From: Bacillota bacterium
GTDB taxonomy: Bacteria > Bacillota > Desulfitobacteriia > Desulfitobacteriales > JAJXUE01
Reading direction: 5' to 3'
Assembly (NCBI GenBank): GCA_021811155.1
Contig: JAJZPO010000006.1
Location: forward strand, 1 to 61,860
Length of the DNA stretch: 61,860 bases
A model generated the notes under the pieces. That model saw only the letters and a program-made list of their open reading frames with translations, was not told the origin of the DNA and made no database searches. How positions within the stretch are numbered: position 1 is the first letter of the stretch; every line of letters begins with the position of its first letter. Both the position numbers and the translations under genes were made by a program. Positions 9,924 through 20,832 of this stretch are shown piece by piece.

Positions 9924-12900
9924 CTACATGATCACCTTAACCTGGTGCTGTCTGCCGTCATCACTTAAGACAATGGTATCTCCGGCAGTTTCCTGGCCGT
10001 CCACCATAAGCTTCTCCACCCCGGTATTCTTGCCTGCCGGGTTTTCCACCTCGATATTGTACAAGGTATTTTTGTAGCGGTATTCCAGGCGGTAGCCCGG
10101 CCAATGCTTAGGGATGCAGGGCCGGATGGACAGCTTGTCAGCCTGCAGGCGGAATCCCAGAATCCCTTCCAAACCCGCCTGGTACATCCAGCCAGCCGCC
10201 CCCGTGTACCAGGACCAGCCTCCCCTGCCGCCGTGGGGCGGGATAGCATAGACGTCGGCAGCCATGACATAAGGCTCTGCCTTGTAACGGGCCACTTCCG
10301 CTTCCGTTCTGGTGTGATTGATGGGGTTGAGCATCTGGAAAACCTCCGCAGCCCTGTTCCCTTCACCCATCTCCGCCCAGGCCAGCACAGCCCAGATTGC
10401 TCCATGGGTGTACTGTCCCCCGTTTTCCCGCACTCCCGGCACATAACCCTTGATATAGCCAGGATCCAGCTTGGAGTGGTCAAAGGGAGGAGCCAAAAGC
10501 AGCAGGATTCCTTCATCCCGGCGCAGGAGGTAATGTTCCAGGGCCAGCATAGCATCCCTGGCCCGGCTGGGTTTGGCCGCACCAGAAATCACGGCCCAGG
10601 ACTGCGCAATGCAGTCGATCTGGCACTCATCGTTGCGGGCGGAGCCCAAAGGCGTCCCATCGTCAAAATAGGCCCTGCGGTACCATCCCCCGTCCCAACC
10701 CTGCCGTTCCAGGTTTTCTTTCAGTTCCTCCGCTGTTGCCAGGTAGCTCTTGGACCGTTCTTCGTCGCCGCGAGCCTGGCACAGCCGGGCAAACCGCTGC
10801 AGGGTTACATAGAGGAACCAGCCCAACCAGACACTTTCTCCTTTGCCTTTAATGCCGATACGGCTGAAACCATCATTCCAGTCGCCGGAACCGATGAGGG
10901 GGAGTCCGTGTGAGCCGAAGCGCAGGCCCCTGTCGATGGCCCTCAGGCAGTGTTCATAAACACTGCCTGTTTCACCCGAGATCCCTGGCACAAAATAACG
11001 TTCATCCTCGTTCTCGCCCAGGAACTCTCCTGCCAGAAAACCTGCCTGCTCATCCAGGATGGAGTAGTCCCCGGTATGCTCCACATAGTCGGCGGTTACG
11101 TAGGGAAGCCACAACAGGTCATCGGAAAATTTGGTCCGGATGCCTTTGTTTTTCTCCTGGTGCCACCAATGCTGTACATCCCCTTCCACAAACTGGTGGG
11201 AAGCATGGTGCAGGATCTGCTGTCTCGTCCATTGGGGAGCAGCAATAACCAGAGCCATGCTGTCCTGAAGCTGGTCCCGGAATCCGAAAGCGCCACCCGA
11301 CTGGTAGAAGGCGGAGCGGGCCCAAATGCGGCACACCACGGTTTGATACAAGAGCCAGCGGTTTAAGAGCAAATCCATTGACCTGTCCGGGGTTTGAACC
11401 TGGACAACGCCCAGGACCTGGTCCCACATCTCATGTACCTGACTGAGTGCTGAATGCACCTGGTCCGGTTCTGAGTATTTGGCTGCCAGCCGGCTGAGGT
11501 CCTCTCGCCCAGCAGCTTCTCCCAGAACAAACCACAGTGTTTTCTCTTCCCCTGGCTTAAGGTTTACAGCCAACTGCAGAACGGCACAGGGGTCAAGCCC
11601 GGCCCCTACGCTGCCGGAAAGGGTTTCCCGCCTCAGGGCTGCCGGATTAGTCAAACTGCCGTTTCTGCCGATAAATTCTGTGCGGTCCCCTGTATATGAC
11701 AGGGTCGTGCCGCCGCAGCCGCAGAGGAAGGCGTATCGCCCGGCGAATTCCTCCTGATAAACGTTACGCGCCAGGATTGCTCCCTGTTCAGGCGACAACC
11801 CGGTTACCAGGTAAGGCAAGGTCAACTCCCGCGTCACCCCCAACACCAGTTCGGCGTAGTAAAAGGCAGTCAACCTGATTTCTTGCTCAGAATGGTTCCG
11901 CAAACTCAACTGAACTATTTTCACCGGATCCGCAGGCGGCACAAACATCAGCAGACGCTGTTCCAACCCGTTGCTGGAGTGTTCGAACACCGTATAGCCC
12001 TGGCCGTGGCGGACCAGATATTTCTCTCCGCCCGGCACCGGACCAGGTGTGGGTGTCCAAAAATCGCCGCTTTCTTCATCCCTCAGGTATAGCACCTCGC
12101 CGTGAGGGTCCGTTACCGGGTCATTGGACCAGGGCGTCAGCTTATTTTCCCTGCTGTTTTGCGACCAGGTATAGCCTGCTCCGGACTCAGAGACTTGAAA
12201 ACCGAAACCCGGATTGGCGATGACATTGATCCAGGGCAGTGGAGTCTTGCACCTTTCTCCCAGAGCCATGATGTATTCCCTACCATCAGGGCTGAACCCG
12301 CCATAACCGTTGGGATATTGCAGACTGGCTGGAAGTTCCGGGCAGGCCGGACCCTTCAGCCGATGTTCCACATGCCGATCTTTTTCCCAGACTACACCCG
12401 GTCCCGGATAAGCGGCGGTTTCCGTTTTCTGCTTCAAAAGCTTGCTTTGCTTGCGGATTTGTATCGTGCAGGAACCTCCCTGGCCGGAAAATACCGCCCT
12501 TGCCACCGTCAGGAGCAGGGTCAAGTCTTCCGGCGGCAGTAAATCCTTCTGCAGCAGGAATATTCCACCCGCCCGGTTCAGCAGTTCCCGGGCGTGACCG
12601 GTGGATATCAGATCCCTCAAAGCGTCCTGTAAATCCTGAATATAGCCGCTCTGGTCTTCATTCAGGATAACCAGGTCCACCTGCAGCCCTTTCAGGCGCC
12701 AGTATTCGTGCACCACCAGGAATTGCCGCACCATGTCCAGGTGGGCTTGTTCCTGCACCCGCAAAAGGACTACCGGCAGATCCCCGGAGATGGCGTAAGG
12801 CCAGAGGGAGGATTGACCCCGCGTATTTCGGGCCAGTTCTGTCCCCAGTTCCTGGCGACACGGGCTTAAGTATAAGAGGTTGCCGGCCAGGTTCAGGGCC

Positions 12901-15900
12901 TCATTGGCCTGGAGGGGAGGGAAATTCAAATGACGCAGTTCCATCTGGCTGTAAGTCCAGGCCAGCTGAAAAGCCCGCTCCGCAGACCCGTGGTCCTGGT
13001 ACTTTTCCGCCAGGCGGATGACTTCCTCGCGGTTCTCGCCGATGCCTGTACCAAAGGATACCCTTACTGTCTGGCCCGGGCGGATCCTTACGCGCTGGCG
13101 CAGACTCATGATGGGGTCCAGTACCGCTCCGGTGGTGTTGGAAAGGGGTTGGTTGGGCTCCATGGCCTGGGGCCTGGCCAATGTTTTGCCCCTGCCGATG
13201 AAGCGGGAACGATCCGTCTCGTATTGAATTGACCCTACCCCTTCACCCTCCAGCGCCACGGTATGCATCAGCCAGAGCCTGGCCTGGTTTTCCCGCCTTG
13301 GCCGCCGGGAGGCTAAAAGGGCCCGGTGCGTAAATTCGGTTTGGATAAACAGGTTGCCGAAGGCCGGATGGGCCAGGTCCTCGCTGGGGCGGGCCAGGAC
13401 TGTTTCGAAATAGCTGGTGATCTCCAGCGTACGGTCATGCTGGCTGTGGTTGGTGAGAGAAAGCCTGCGCACCTCGACCTGATCTTCCGGCGATACACAA
13501 ATTTCGGTACGGGTGACTATATTGCCATCTTTGCGGTAATACTCCACCCGGTCCGGAGCGAAAGTCACTTTGTAGCCATCGCCCTGAACACCGCAGGGGA
13601 GAAAACCCGAAGACCAGACCGAACCGGAATTCAGGTTCTGGATATAGAAATACATGCCCCAACTGTCCCTGGTGACATCTTCCCGCCAGCGGGAAACGGA
13701 GATGTTCCCCCACCTGCTGTAACCCGAGCCCGCATTGCTCAACATCACTGAATACTGCCCGTTAGCCAGGAAGTGGGTCACAGGAATCACGCTGTCGGCA
13801 GTATTAAGCGATATATAGGCAGGCCCCTCCATGTCAGGCATGTCCCAACCGCCCGCCTCGATTCTGTGTTCCTCGGGCTGTGACGCGATATGGGTTTCCG
13901 CCGGCGCACGTTCCTGCAGCAGCAATTCACTGGACTGGATTATGGCATCGGCGTGGAAGCGGCGCTGCATGATATTCCCATGCAGAACATTATCCAAAGC
14001 CAAAAGGGACATGCCCTGGTGGTGCGCCATAAAACTCTGCACTATCCCCAGGCCCGGTCCTACCGGCACCCGTTCCGAAGTATAGTCTATAGCCTCAAAT
14101 AAGCCGTAAGCCCCCGCAAATCCCTTTTCCCGCATGGTTTTCAGGTTTGCCAAGGCTGCGCGGGGATCAACCATCAGGGCCAAAAAAGTAGCATATGGGG
14201 CAATGACCAGTTCCTGCACCAGCCCCCGCTTCAGTCCCAGCCCCGGCACACCGAAAGCTTTGTACTGATAGTTTCGCTGCGCGTCAAACATGTAGAATCC
14301 GGACTCGGATATTCCCCAGGGGATGGAGCGCTGAGCGGCGTACAGGCGCTGTACTTCTACCACCGACCTGTATGTTTCGTCCAGCAAGGTTCCCGGAAAA
14401 GTGCGCATGACCAGAAGCGGCATCAGAAACTCAAACATGGTCCCGCTCCAGGAAGCAAGGCTTCTCCTTCCCTTAACCCTGGTCAAGGTCCGCCCCAGCC
14501 GGAACCAATGGCTCTGAGGCACTTCGCCCCTGGCGATGGCAAGATAACTGGCTTGTCTTGCCTCCGAGGCCAAAAGGTCATAATATGATTTGTCCAGAGC
14601 CTGGTCGTTGATCCTGTACCCAATGGAAAACAGCTGCCGCTGTTCATTGTAGAGCGGTTTGAAGTCCGTGGCATCAACCATCGTCCGCAGCCGTTTCTGC
14701 AACTCTTCACTCTGGCGCAGCAGGTCCTGGGCTTGCTCCTGCGCCCCGGCCGACCATTCTGCCCCGGCTCCGCTTTCCTGCAAACGGACATAGCTTTCGG
14801 CCAAGCGGCGGAGGTCGAGTCCGGCGGTCAACCCAGCCAGGGTATCTGCCTCCGTCCCGCTTACCTGGCCCAGCCAGGGATAGAGCGCTGTCAGTTCGCT
14901 CTTGAAGGATTCTATCATGCCCATCAAATGCTGCGCCCAGAACTCTGACTTTTCCGGCAAGCCGGAGGGCAGGGAGAATTCCTGCAGCAAAGTGTGAAAC
15001 TGCCTGATGTCCAGCTCCTCTTCCTGCAGCAGCTTATCCAATGAGCGTCTAAAAGACTCAAACTCAGGATAGGCCTGATCCAAATCCTCCAACAGCAGTT
15101 CATAGGTTTGCCTGAGGCCCCTGAGCATACTCATATTCAAAACAGGGCCCTTGACCATTTCCTGCAGTCCCGCCAGCAGGGTGAGGACGTAAACCACAAA
15201 GTTTCCGCTGTCCACGCTGGAGACGTAAAGAGGCTGCAGCGGCTGCAGGGTCTTGGTGTCATACCAGTTATAAAAATGCCCCTTCCAGCGCTCCAGTTTT
15301 TCCAGGGTATTCAGGCTCTTGGCCGTACGCCTGAGCGCTTCCGTCAGGGTTAAATACCCCTGGTCCCTGGCAGCCAGGTTGGTCAGCAAAGCCAGGCCCA
15401 TGTTTGTGGGCGATGTTCTGTGAGCCACCCCGTTAGGGGGGTCTGCCTGCACATTGTCGGGCGGGAGCCAGTTATCATCATCGGCCACAAAATCCTCAAA
15501 GAAAGCCCAAATCCGCCGCGCCCACCGGTTAAGTTCCGCCTGTTCCCCGGGAGAGAGGGTCCCGGTTCCCTGGGCCAGAGGCAGACTCACCTTATAGGCC
15601 AGCCAGGGCGCTGCCAGCCAGATCAGGGCCAGGGGGGAAAACATTACAGCCGCTCCGGGTGTGAGCCAGAGCAAAACGGCAAAATAGAGCAGGACTGCAG
15701 CCACGGCCGGAAACATCAATTGCCAGGATGTCCTGTGTCTGGTATCCACCCTCCGCTCCGTGTCAGCAGCCGTTTCCCATTCCAGCATACCCCTGTGGCT
15801 GACAAACTGGCGGTACAGGCTGCGCGCGATGGCATCAAGCTGAACATAAGCCTGAAATGGCAGAAAGGCCAGAAGCAGAAAAACCTGGGTAAGGCTTTCC

Positions 15901-18452
15901 AGCAAATCCAACGGCCCGTTTTTGCCGCTTCGGTCCAGGAAGTGATTGATCACACCCAGCATCACCGGTATGAGCAGGTTAAGCAGGACCAGGCCGGCCC
16001 ACACCCAGGGCTGGCCCGGGAAGAGAACAAAGCCCAGCAGTATCAACAGCGCCTGCGTTGCAGCTTCCAGGCTCCGCCGCAAGTTGTCAAAGATTTTCCA
16101 ACGCGAAATCAAAGGCAGTGGTTTGAACAGCCAGGGCAGGATCTGCCAGTCCCCCCTGACCCAGCGGTGCAGGCGGCGCACAAAAGAGTGATATTTCGCC
16201 GGAAAGCCGTCAATAAGCTCGATGTCCGTCACAAGCCCGGTTCTGGCGTAGAGACCTTCCAACAGGTCATGGCTCAAAATCGTGTTCTCTGGAAAGTCCT
16301 CTGTCACCTGGTGGAACACGGCAAGATCATAAATTCCCTTGCCGGTAAAACTTCCTTCACCAAACAGGTCCTGGTAGACATCAGACACAGCTGTGGTATA
16401 AGGGTCGATGCCTACCTTGCCTGAGAAGATGCGGGAGAAGAAGGATGCTCCGGCGTTAAGAATGGAAACACCCACCCGGGGCTGCAAAATTCCATAGCCG
16501 CCTGTTACCCGTTTGCCGTCCTCACTCAGCCGGGGCGCGTGCAGGGGATGGGCCATGGTCCCGATCAATTTCTTGGCTGCACCACGGGGGAGTTGGGTGT
16601 CAGCGTCCAGGGTGATTACGTAGCGCACGCCCTGGAGCAGTGAAAGCTCTCCGATTTGAGTCTCATAGCTGGTAGGCGACTTTCCGAGCAGCAGGCGGTT
16701 GAATTCAATCAATTTGCCCCGTTTGCGCTCCCAGCCCATCCAGAGCCCTTCTGCCTCATTCCACTGCCTTTTGCGGTTAAACAGGTAAAAACGGCCGGAG
16801 CCGTATTTCTGGTTTAGGGCTTCAATTCCCGAGACTGCCGCCGCCAGCACTTCCGGGTCCCCCGGCGCAACTTCGCTGTCAGCGTCAGGGTAATCCCCCA
16901 ACAGGGCAAAATGCAGGTTAGGATCCTGGTTGGCCAGGAAGTAAACCTCCATTTGCCCCAAGAGTTCCCTTACACGCGGCACGCTGTTCAAAAAGGTCGG
17001 AATCACCACTAATGTTCGCAGTTCTTCCGGGATCTTCTCCTGCAGCTCCAGCTTCGGGAAAAAGGATGGGGGCAGAATCCGGGTAACTCCCCAGTGAACC
17101 AGGGCTATAGCAATACTGCTGGCAGGAATGCACATGACTGCCAGAGCCAGGAGTACCATGCCCAGGCCGCTGTACTTAGCCGCATAAGCTCCAAAGAAGT
17201 AGAGGATGAGGGCGGTGAGCAGGAAAATGCCCCCGAAATATGTGGTCCCCGGGTTGCTGCGCACCCCTCGCCGCAAACGCGACCAAAAGTGGCGCAGCGG
17301 CCCCCACTCCTTTTCCAGGTCCTCCTCCAGCTGTTGGCAGCCAGGCCCAAGCAGATAATATCCCACGTGAGAAGCAGGTTGGTTTCCGTTTTTGGAGGCC
17401 TGTTCCGACCACTCCAGCACTTTGCGGGCCACAACCAGTTCAGACACCCCGAAACGCCGCGCCAGTTTTTCCACCCGGTGCCTGTACTTGTCGCGTGAAT
17501 CAAAGTCCATGCGGGGATAGGTGCCGTCCGGGTCGGACAGCAGAACTTTTTCCACCAAGCTTATTTCTTCAAAAAACCGCGGCCAGTCCTCCTCGCTTAA
17601 AAAGCGCAGGCTGGTGATGGCGTGTCCCATGGATACCTGGGCCATAGCCTGGCGCTGGTGTTCCAGCTTGGCCATCCCTTCGGCCGTGGCATCCTGTTTA
17701 GCCAGGACGCGGTCAAACCAATGCAGGACCGGCGCCCCCTCCGGGCCCAAATCCCGCAGGCGGCGCAGAAGGCGCTCCGCATAGGCCGGTGAATAACTGT
17801 CTCTGCGCCCGGCCGCGTCAAGCAGTTCCGTCCATTCCTCAGGCTTGTGCTCGACGTGGGCAAAAGGCACAATCCACCTGTCTGCCCCTTCCCGCTCATG
17901 CTGGGTGAACACTACCTGCTCCACCATGCGGCGGATATTTTCCAAAAGGGCAATGCGCAGCATGATCGGGATAGCCCACAGCTCTCCGCTGGATAAGGGG
18001 ACCTCCGCCTGGTAGGTGTTGATAAAATCCCTCAGGGTTTCGGCCTGCAGGTGGCTGTCCGTATGCTCAATCAGTTCCACCATGAGGGCGAAAACCCGCG
18101 GGTACCCCTGAAACAACCCGCCGGCCAACCGGGGGAGCTGGCGCTCGTACCTGGACGGGAGATTGCTTTCAATCTCCTGCCTCAAGTCTTTCAACAGGTA
18201 GAAATTGTCCAGAAACCACTCGGCAGCGGGTATCATGTCCCCCGTCCGCTTTACATAGTCAGAAACCTCGCTGTAAGCCAACTGCAGAAATTCCATGTTT
18301 TCCGCCACACGCGGAAAGAGATACCGTCTTTTCTTTTCCAAACCGGCATGGGCATGAAACCGGGCTATCTCAAAGGCATGGTTAAGCAGGTCGTCCTTGC
18401 TCAGCACGATGTCCCGCAGTGGTTTGTCCGCTGGATTTATGGTAAACTTCAT
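9924..18452 (-). CDS. Cyclic beta-1,2-glucan synthase (Cgs/NdvB type): glycosyltransferase + transglycosylase + GH94 phosphorylase domains
   Basis: WMGWERKRGKL, TLDADT, SHDLLEG, RWVRGDWQ; TM helices; YYDLLASEAR and WGISES; GH94 motifs GFRDQLQD, GDWNDG, RENGGQYTH; start at 18452 assumed. Confidence 0.9.
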   Translation of the reverse strand: MKFTINPADKPLRDIVLSKDDLLNHAFEIARFHAHAGLEKKRRYLFPRVAENMEFLQLAYSEVSDYVKRTGDMIPAAEWFLDNFYLLKDLRQEIESNLPSRYERQLPRLAGGLFQGYPRVFALMVELIEHTDSHLQAETLRDFINTYQAEVPLSSGELWAIPIMLRIALLENIRRMVEQVVFTQHEREGADRWIVPFAHVEHKPEEWTELLDAAGRRDSYSPAYAERLLRRLRDLGPEGAPVLHWFDRVLAKQDATAEGMAKLEHQRQAMAQVSMGHAITSLRFLSEEDWPRFFEEISLVEKVLLSDPDGTYPRMDFDSRDKYRHRVEKLARRFGVSELVVARKVLEWSEQASKNGNQPASHVGYYLLGPGCQQLEEDLEKEWGPLRHFWSRLRRGVRSNPGTTYFGGIFLLTALILYFFGAYAAKYSGLGMVLLALAVMCIPASSIAIALVHWGVTRILPPSFFPKLELQEKIPEELRTLVVIPTFLNSVPRVRELLGQMEVYFLANQDPNLHFALLGDYPDADSEVAPGDPEVLAAAVSGIEALNQKYGSGRFYLFNRKRQWNEAEGLWMGWERKRGKLIEFNRLLLGKSPTSYETQIGELSLLQGVRYVITLDADTQLPRGAAKKLIGTMAHPLHAPRLSEDGKRVTGGYGILQPRVGVSILNAGASFFSRIFSGKVGIDPYTTAVSDVYQDLFGEGSFTGKGIYDLAVFHQVTEDFPENTILSHDLLEGLYARTGLVTDIELIDGFPAKYHSFVRRLHRWVRGDWQILPWLFKPLPLISRWKIFDNLRRSLEAATQALLILLGFVLFPGQPWVWAGLVLLNLLIPVMLGVINHFLDRSGKNGPLDLLESLTQVFLLLAFLPFQAYVQLDAIARSLYRQFVSHRGMLEWETAADTERRVDTRHRTSWQLMFPAVAAVLLYFAVLLWLTPGAAVMFSPLALIWLAAPWLAYKVSLPLAQGTGTLSPGEQAELNRWARRIWAFFEDFVADDDNWLPPDNVQADPPNGVAHRTSPTNMGLALLTNLAARDQGYLTLTEALRRTAKSLNTLEKLERWKGHFYNWYDTKTLQPLQPLYVSSVDSGNFVVYVLTLLAGLQEMVKGPVLNMSMLRGLRQTYELLLEDLDQAYPEFESFRRSLDKLLQEEELDIRQFHTLLQEFSLPSGLPEKSEFWAQHLMGMIESFKSELTALYPWLGQVSGTEADTLAGLTAGLDLRRLAESYVRLQESGAGAEWSAGAQEQAQDLLRQSEELQKRLRTMVDATDFKPLYNEQRQLFSIGYRINDQALDKSYYDLLASEARQASYLAIARGEVPQSHWFRLGRTLTRVKGRRSLASWSGTMFEFLMPLLVMRTFPGTLLDETYRSVVEVQRLYAAQRSIPWGISESGFYMFDAQRNYQYKAFGVPGLGLKRGLVQELVIAPYATFLALMVDPRAALANLKTMREKGFAGAYGLFEAIDYTSERVPVGPGLGIVQSFMAHHQGMSLLALDNVLHGNIMQRRFHADAIIQSSELLLQERAPAETHIASQPEEHRIEAGGWDMPDMEGPAYISLNTADSVIPVTHFLANGQYSVMLSNAGSGYSRWGNISVSRWREDVTRDSWGMYFYIQNLNSGSVWSSGFLPCGVQGDGYKVTFAPDRVEYYRKDGNIVTRTEICVSPEDQVEVRRLSLTNHSQHDRTLEITSYFETVLARPSEDLAHPAFGNLFIQTEFTHRALLASRRPRRENQARLWLMHTVALEGEGVGSIQYETDRSRFIGRGKTLARPQAMEPNQPLSNTTGAVLDPIMSLRQRVRIRPGQTVRVSFGTGIGENREEVIRLAEKYQDHGSAERAFQLAWTYSQMELRHLNFPPLQANEALNLAGNLLYLSPCRQELGTELARNTRGQSSLWPYAISGDLPVVLLRVQEQAHLDMVRQFLVVHEYWRLKGLQVDLVILNEDQSGYIQDLQDALRDLISTGHARELLNRAGGIFLLQKDLLPPEDLTLLLTVARAVFSGQGGSCTIQIRKQSKLLKQKTETAAYPGPGVVWEKDRHVEHRLKGPACPELPASLQYPNGYGGFSPDGREYIMALGERCKTPLPWINVIANPGFGFQVSESGAGYTWSQNSRENKLTPWSNDPVTDPHGEVLYLRDEESGDFWTPTPGPVPGGEKYLVRHGQGYTVFEHSSNGLEQRLLMFVPPADPVKIVQLSLRNHSEQEIRLTAFYYAELVLGVTRELTLPYLVTGLSPEQGAILARNVYQEEFAGRYAFLCGCGGTTLSYTGDRTEFIGRNGSLTNPAALRRETLSGSVGAGLDPCAVLQLAVNLKPGEEKTLWFVLGEAAGREDLSRLAAKYSEPDQVHSALSQVHEMWDQVLGVVQVQTPDRSMDLLLNRWLLYQTVVCRIWARSAFYQSGGAFGFRDQLQDSMALVIAAPQWTRQQILHHASHQFVEGDVQHWWHQEKNKGIRTKFSDDLLWLPYVTADYVEHTGDYSILDEQAGFLAGEFLGENEDERYFVPGISGETGSVYEHCLRAIDRGLRFGSHGLPLIGSGDWNDGFSRIGIKGKGESVWLGWFLYVTLQRFARLCQARGDEERSKSYLATAEELKENLERQGWDGGWYRRAYFDDGTPLGSARNDECQIDCIAQSWAVISGAAKPSRARDAMLALEHYLLRRDEGILLLLAPPFDHSKLDPGYIKGYVPGVRENGGQYTHGAIWAVLAWAEMGEGNRAAEVFQMLNPINHTRTEAEVARYKAEPYVMAADVYAIPPHGGRGGWSWYTGAAGWMYQAGLEGILGFRLQADKLSIRPCIPKHWPGYRLEYRYKNTLYNIEVENPAGKNTGVEKLMVDGQETAGDTIVLSDDGRQHQVKVIM

Positions 18453-18624
18453 TTCCGTTATCACCGTAACCCGAGATGTTATTTTTTCGCAATCTTTATG
18501 AATTATGTCCAATTCTATGCGTCGGGATTCATCAATGCTGCATCCGCTGCCTTCACAACGGATAACTTATTCCATTTTTTCCAATATATTTCTTTCGCTG
18601 CAAAAAAAATAAATCCCTGCAGCT

Positions 18625-19200
18625 TCAGGGATTTGTCTCCGGATATAACTCTTTATATTTGTTGTAACTGTAAAGTACTTTCTTCACGTACTCCCTTGTT
18701 TCTTTGATTGGTATTTCATCTATCTGTCCCTGGGGACTGATGTCTCCCTTGCTGAGCCATTCCTGGACCCGTCCCCGTCCACCGTTATAGGATGCAAGCA
18801 CCAGCACCAGGTTGTTGTTAAACTGTTTGGACAAGTTGGCAAGGTACCAGGACCCGAGCATGATATTGGTTTCCGGTTCATAGAGCTGATCTTTGCTGTA
18901 ATTCTTCAACCCCATCTTTTCCGCCGCCCATTCAGCTGTGTCAGGCATTAGCTGCATCACCCCGCGGGCACCGGCCGAGGACTCGGACTTGGGCATGAAT
19001 CTGCTCTCCTCCCTGATTACAGCAGTCACCAGGAGAGGGTCAACGCCAAAGCGGTTGGCCTGCTGCTGCACTATGAGCTTGTAAGGCATTGGATAACGCA
19101 GTTTTTGCACCGGGGGAAGTTCATACAGCACAAACAAAAAGAACACCCCGGCCAAAACCAGGGAGACCCATTTTACCACTTTTCTCGCAACAATAACCAT
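18625..19200 (-). CDS. Lytic transglycosylase (SLT domain), membrane anchored
   Basis: AVIREES catalytic Glu, GARGVMQLMP, ASYNGG, ETREYVKKV; N-terminal TM; usual neighbour of coaE. Confidence 0.92.
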   Translation of the reverse strand: MVIVARKVVKWVSLVLAGVFFLFVLYELPPVQKLRYPMPYKLIVQQQANRFGVDPLLVTAVIREESRFMPKSESSAGARGVMQLMPDTAEWAAEKMGLKNYSKDQLYEPETNIMLGSWYLANLSKQFNNNLVLVLASYNGGRGRVQEWLSKGDISPQGQIDEIPIKETREYVKKVLYSYNKYKELYPETNP

Positions 19201-19254
19201 ATTTGCCCTCCGGCCCACCGCTAAAAAGAATATTACCAAACCGGGACCGCAGTC

Positions 19255-19869
19255 TTAACGGTCTCCCATAGTTATTCTATGCAGGAGATCTTTCCATAGA
19301 ATGCCAACCTGCTGCCGCGTTTCCTCCAGAGAGCCGCTGTTATCAATAATGATATCGGCATAGGAACGCTTTTCCTTTAAAGGCATCTGGGATCGAAGAC
19401 GGGCCAGGGCCTCTCCCCGCGTAAAACCGTTGCGGGCCATGAGCCGGGTTATCTGTACTTCTTCCGGCACAGCCACAAGCCATATTTCATCAGCCAAGGA
19501 TGCCATGTTTGCCTCGATAAGCAAGGGAGCGTCCAACACCGCCACCTTCCCGCCCGCCCTCTCAAATTCCCGCATCAATTCGTAGGCGCGCTGAGTTACC
19601 CCTGGGTGCACAATCCCGTTCAGCTTCTGCAGAGCCTCAGGATTGTTAAAGACAACTTGTCCCAAAGCCTTGCGGTCTAAGGTTTCGTCCTCCTCCAGTA
19701 TTTCCCTGCCAAAGCTATCGACAATCGCCTGCCACACTAGGGTGTGGGGCTCCTGCAAATCTTTTGCCACCCGGTCCGCATCAATAATTGCTGCGCCAAA
19801 GTCGCGCAGCATGTTGGAAACTGTGCTTTTTCCGCTAGCTATTCCGCCGGTAAGGCCGATTACAAACAT
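19255..19869 (-). CDS. coaE: Dephospho-CoA kinase
   Basis: IGLTGGIASGKSTV, DAPLLIE, IIDNSG. Confidence 0.96.
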   Translation of the reverse strand: MFVIGLTGGIASGKSTVSNMLRDFGAAIIDADRVAKDLQEPHTLVWQAIVDSFGREILEEDETLDRKALGQVVFNNPEALQKLNGIVHPGVTQRAYELMREFERAGGKVAVLDAPLLIEANMASLADEIWLVAVPEEVQITRLMARNGFTRGEALARLRSQMPLKEKRSYADIIIDNSGSLEETRQQVGILWKDLLHRITMGDR

Positions 19870-19887
19870 CAAGAATTCCTCGCATGC

Positions 19888-20547
19888 TTAGAACTTAAAA
19901 ATCCCTATTAAGATTAACACTATTCCCGGTAATAAAGCAAACCGTTTGCTGAGGCTGAGCGGAATAAACTTGTGCCCGAGCACCCCGCCAAGAGATACCA
20001 TCAAAAGCTGACAGAAAGCCACACCGGGTACCACCCAGGTGGAAAAGCCCGCCAAGGCGGCGCCAAAGCCGGCGCCGAAGGCGTCAAGGTTTAATGCGAG
20101 CCCAAGCAGCAAGGCTTCCCGGAAATTTATCGCCCCTGAGCCATCCATATCCGCTACTGCAGGAGTGCGCAGGACCCGGATCACAAGTCCCATCGGTCTT
20201 ATGTAAATATTAAATAGAAGATCCTCCTCCACAGCCCCGAGATTATAACTCAGGGCAGGCACTGCCTCGTCCTCCGGCCCGGGCTTGCGCAGCGTCGCCT
20301 GGGCGACCTGCCACACCCCTACGCCAACCAGAATGACCGCCCCTATCCGGGATGTCTCTATACCATTGGTGAGGTTGATTACCCCGTGGCCTACCAGCAT
20401 CGAAAAGGTCATTGCAAGCATGGAACAGACGGCGATGGTCAGCAATGACCCCAAAGGAATTCTTATTTTACGAATGCCATAAGCCAGTCCCACTCCCAGC
20501 CCGTCAAGGCTTAAAGCGAACGCCAAAACCACTCCAGACCAGAACAT
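19888..20547 (-). CDS. ytaF: YtaF / MntP-family sporulation membrane protein
   Basis: Duplicated A(L/F)(S/N)LD motifs, hydrophobic; sits between mutM and coaE. Confidence 0.85.
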   Translation of the reverse strand: MFWSGVVLAFALSLDGLGVGLAYGIRKIRIPLGSLLTIAVCSMLAMTFSMLVGHGVINLTNGIETSRIGAVILVGVGVWQVAQATLRKPGPEDEAVPALSYNLGAVEEDLLFNIYIRPMGLVIRVLRTPAVADMDGSGAINFREALLLGLALNLDAFGAGFGAALAGFSTWVVPGVAFCQLLMVSLGGVLGHKFIPLSLSKRFALLPGIVLILIGIFKF

Positions 20548-20646
20548 TTCCCAGTCCTCCCCGCCAATACCCGTTAGAACACCTAAACTACTATATTGGC
20601 TGGGAGATGCCGAGGTGCATGTTCAGCTTATGGCAAAGTCCCCCTG

Positions 20647-20673
20647 TGTGTCACGGGGACAGTCCCCATGACA
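20647..20673. repeat. REP-like palindrome (GGGGAC family)
   Basis: GTGTCAcGGGGAC-a-GTCCCCaTGACAC. Confidence 0.55.
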
Positions 20674-20707
20674 CTCCTTTGAGACGGACCCTAAATGGCC
20701 CGCAAGC

Positions 20708-20832
20708 GGAGGCAGTTCAAAAACAAGCATAGCGCGAAGCCGGGGCTGCCGGCACCGGAAGCGTACTGGACGTACGCTGAGGATGCCGGCAGCTCCGGCG
20801 ACAAAGCTAGGCGCCGTTTTTCAACTGCCTCC
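20708..20832. repeat. Structured ~125-bp palindromic element, copy A; supplies the mutM stop codon
   Basis: Terminal IR GGAGGCAGTTcAAAAAC / GTTTTTcAACTGCCTCC; core CCGGAAGCGTAC-loop-GTACGCTGAGG; homologous to 26986-27107. Confidence 0.8.
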
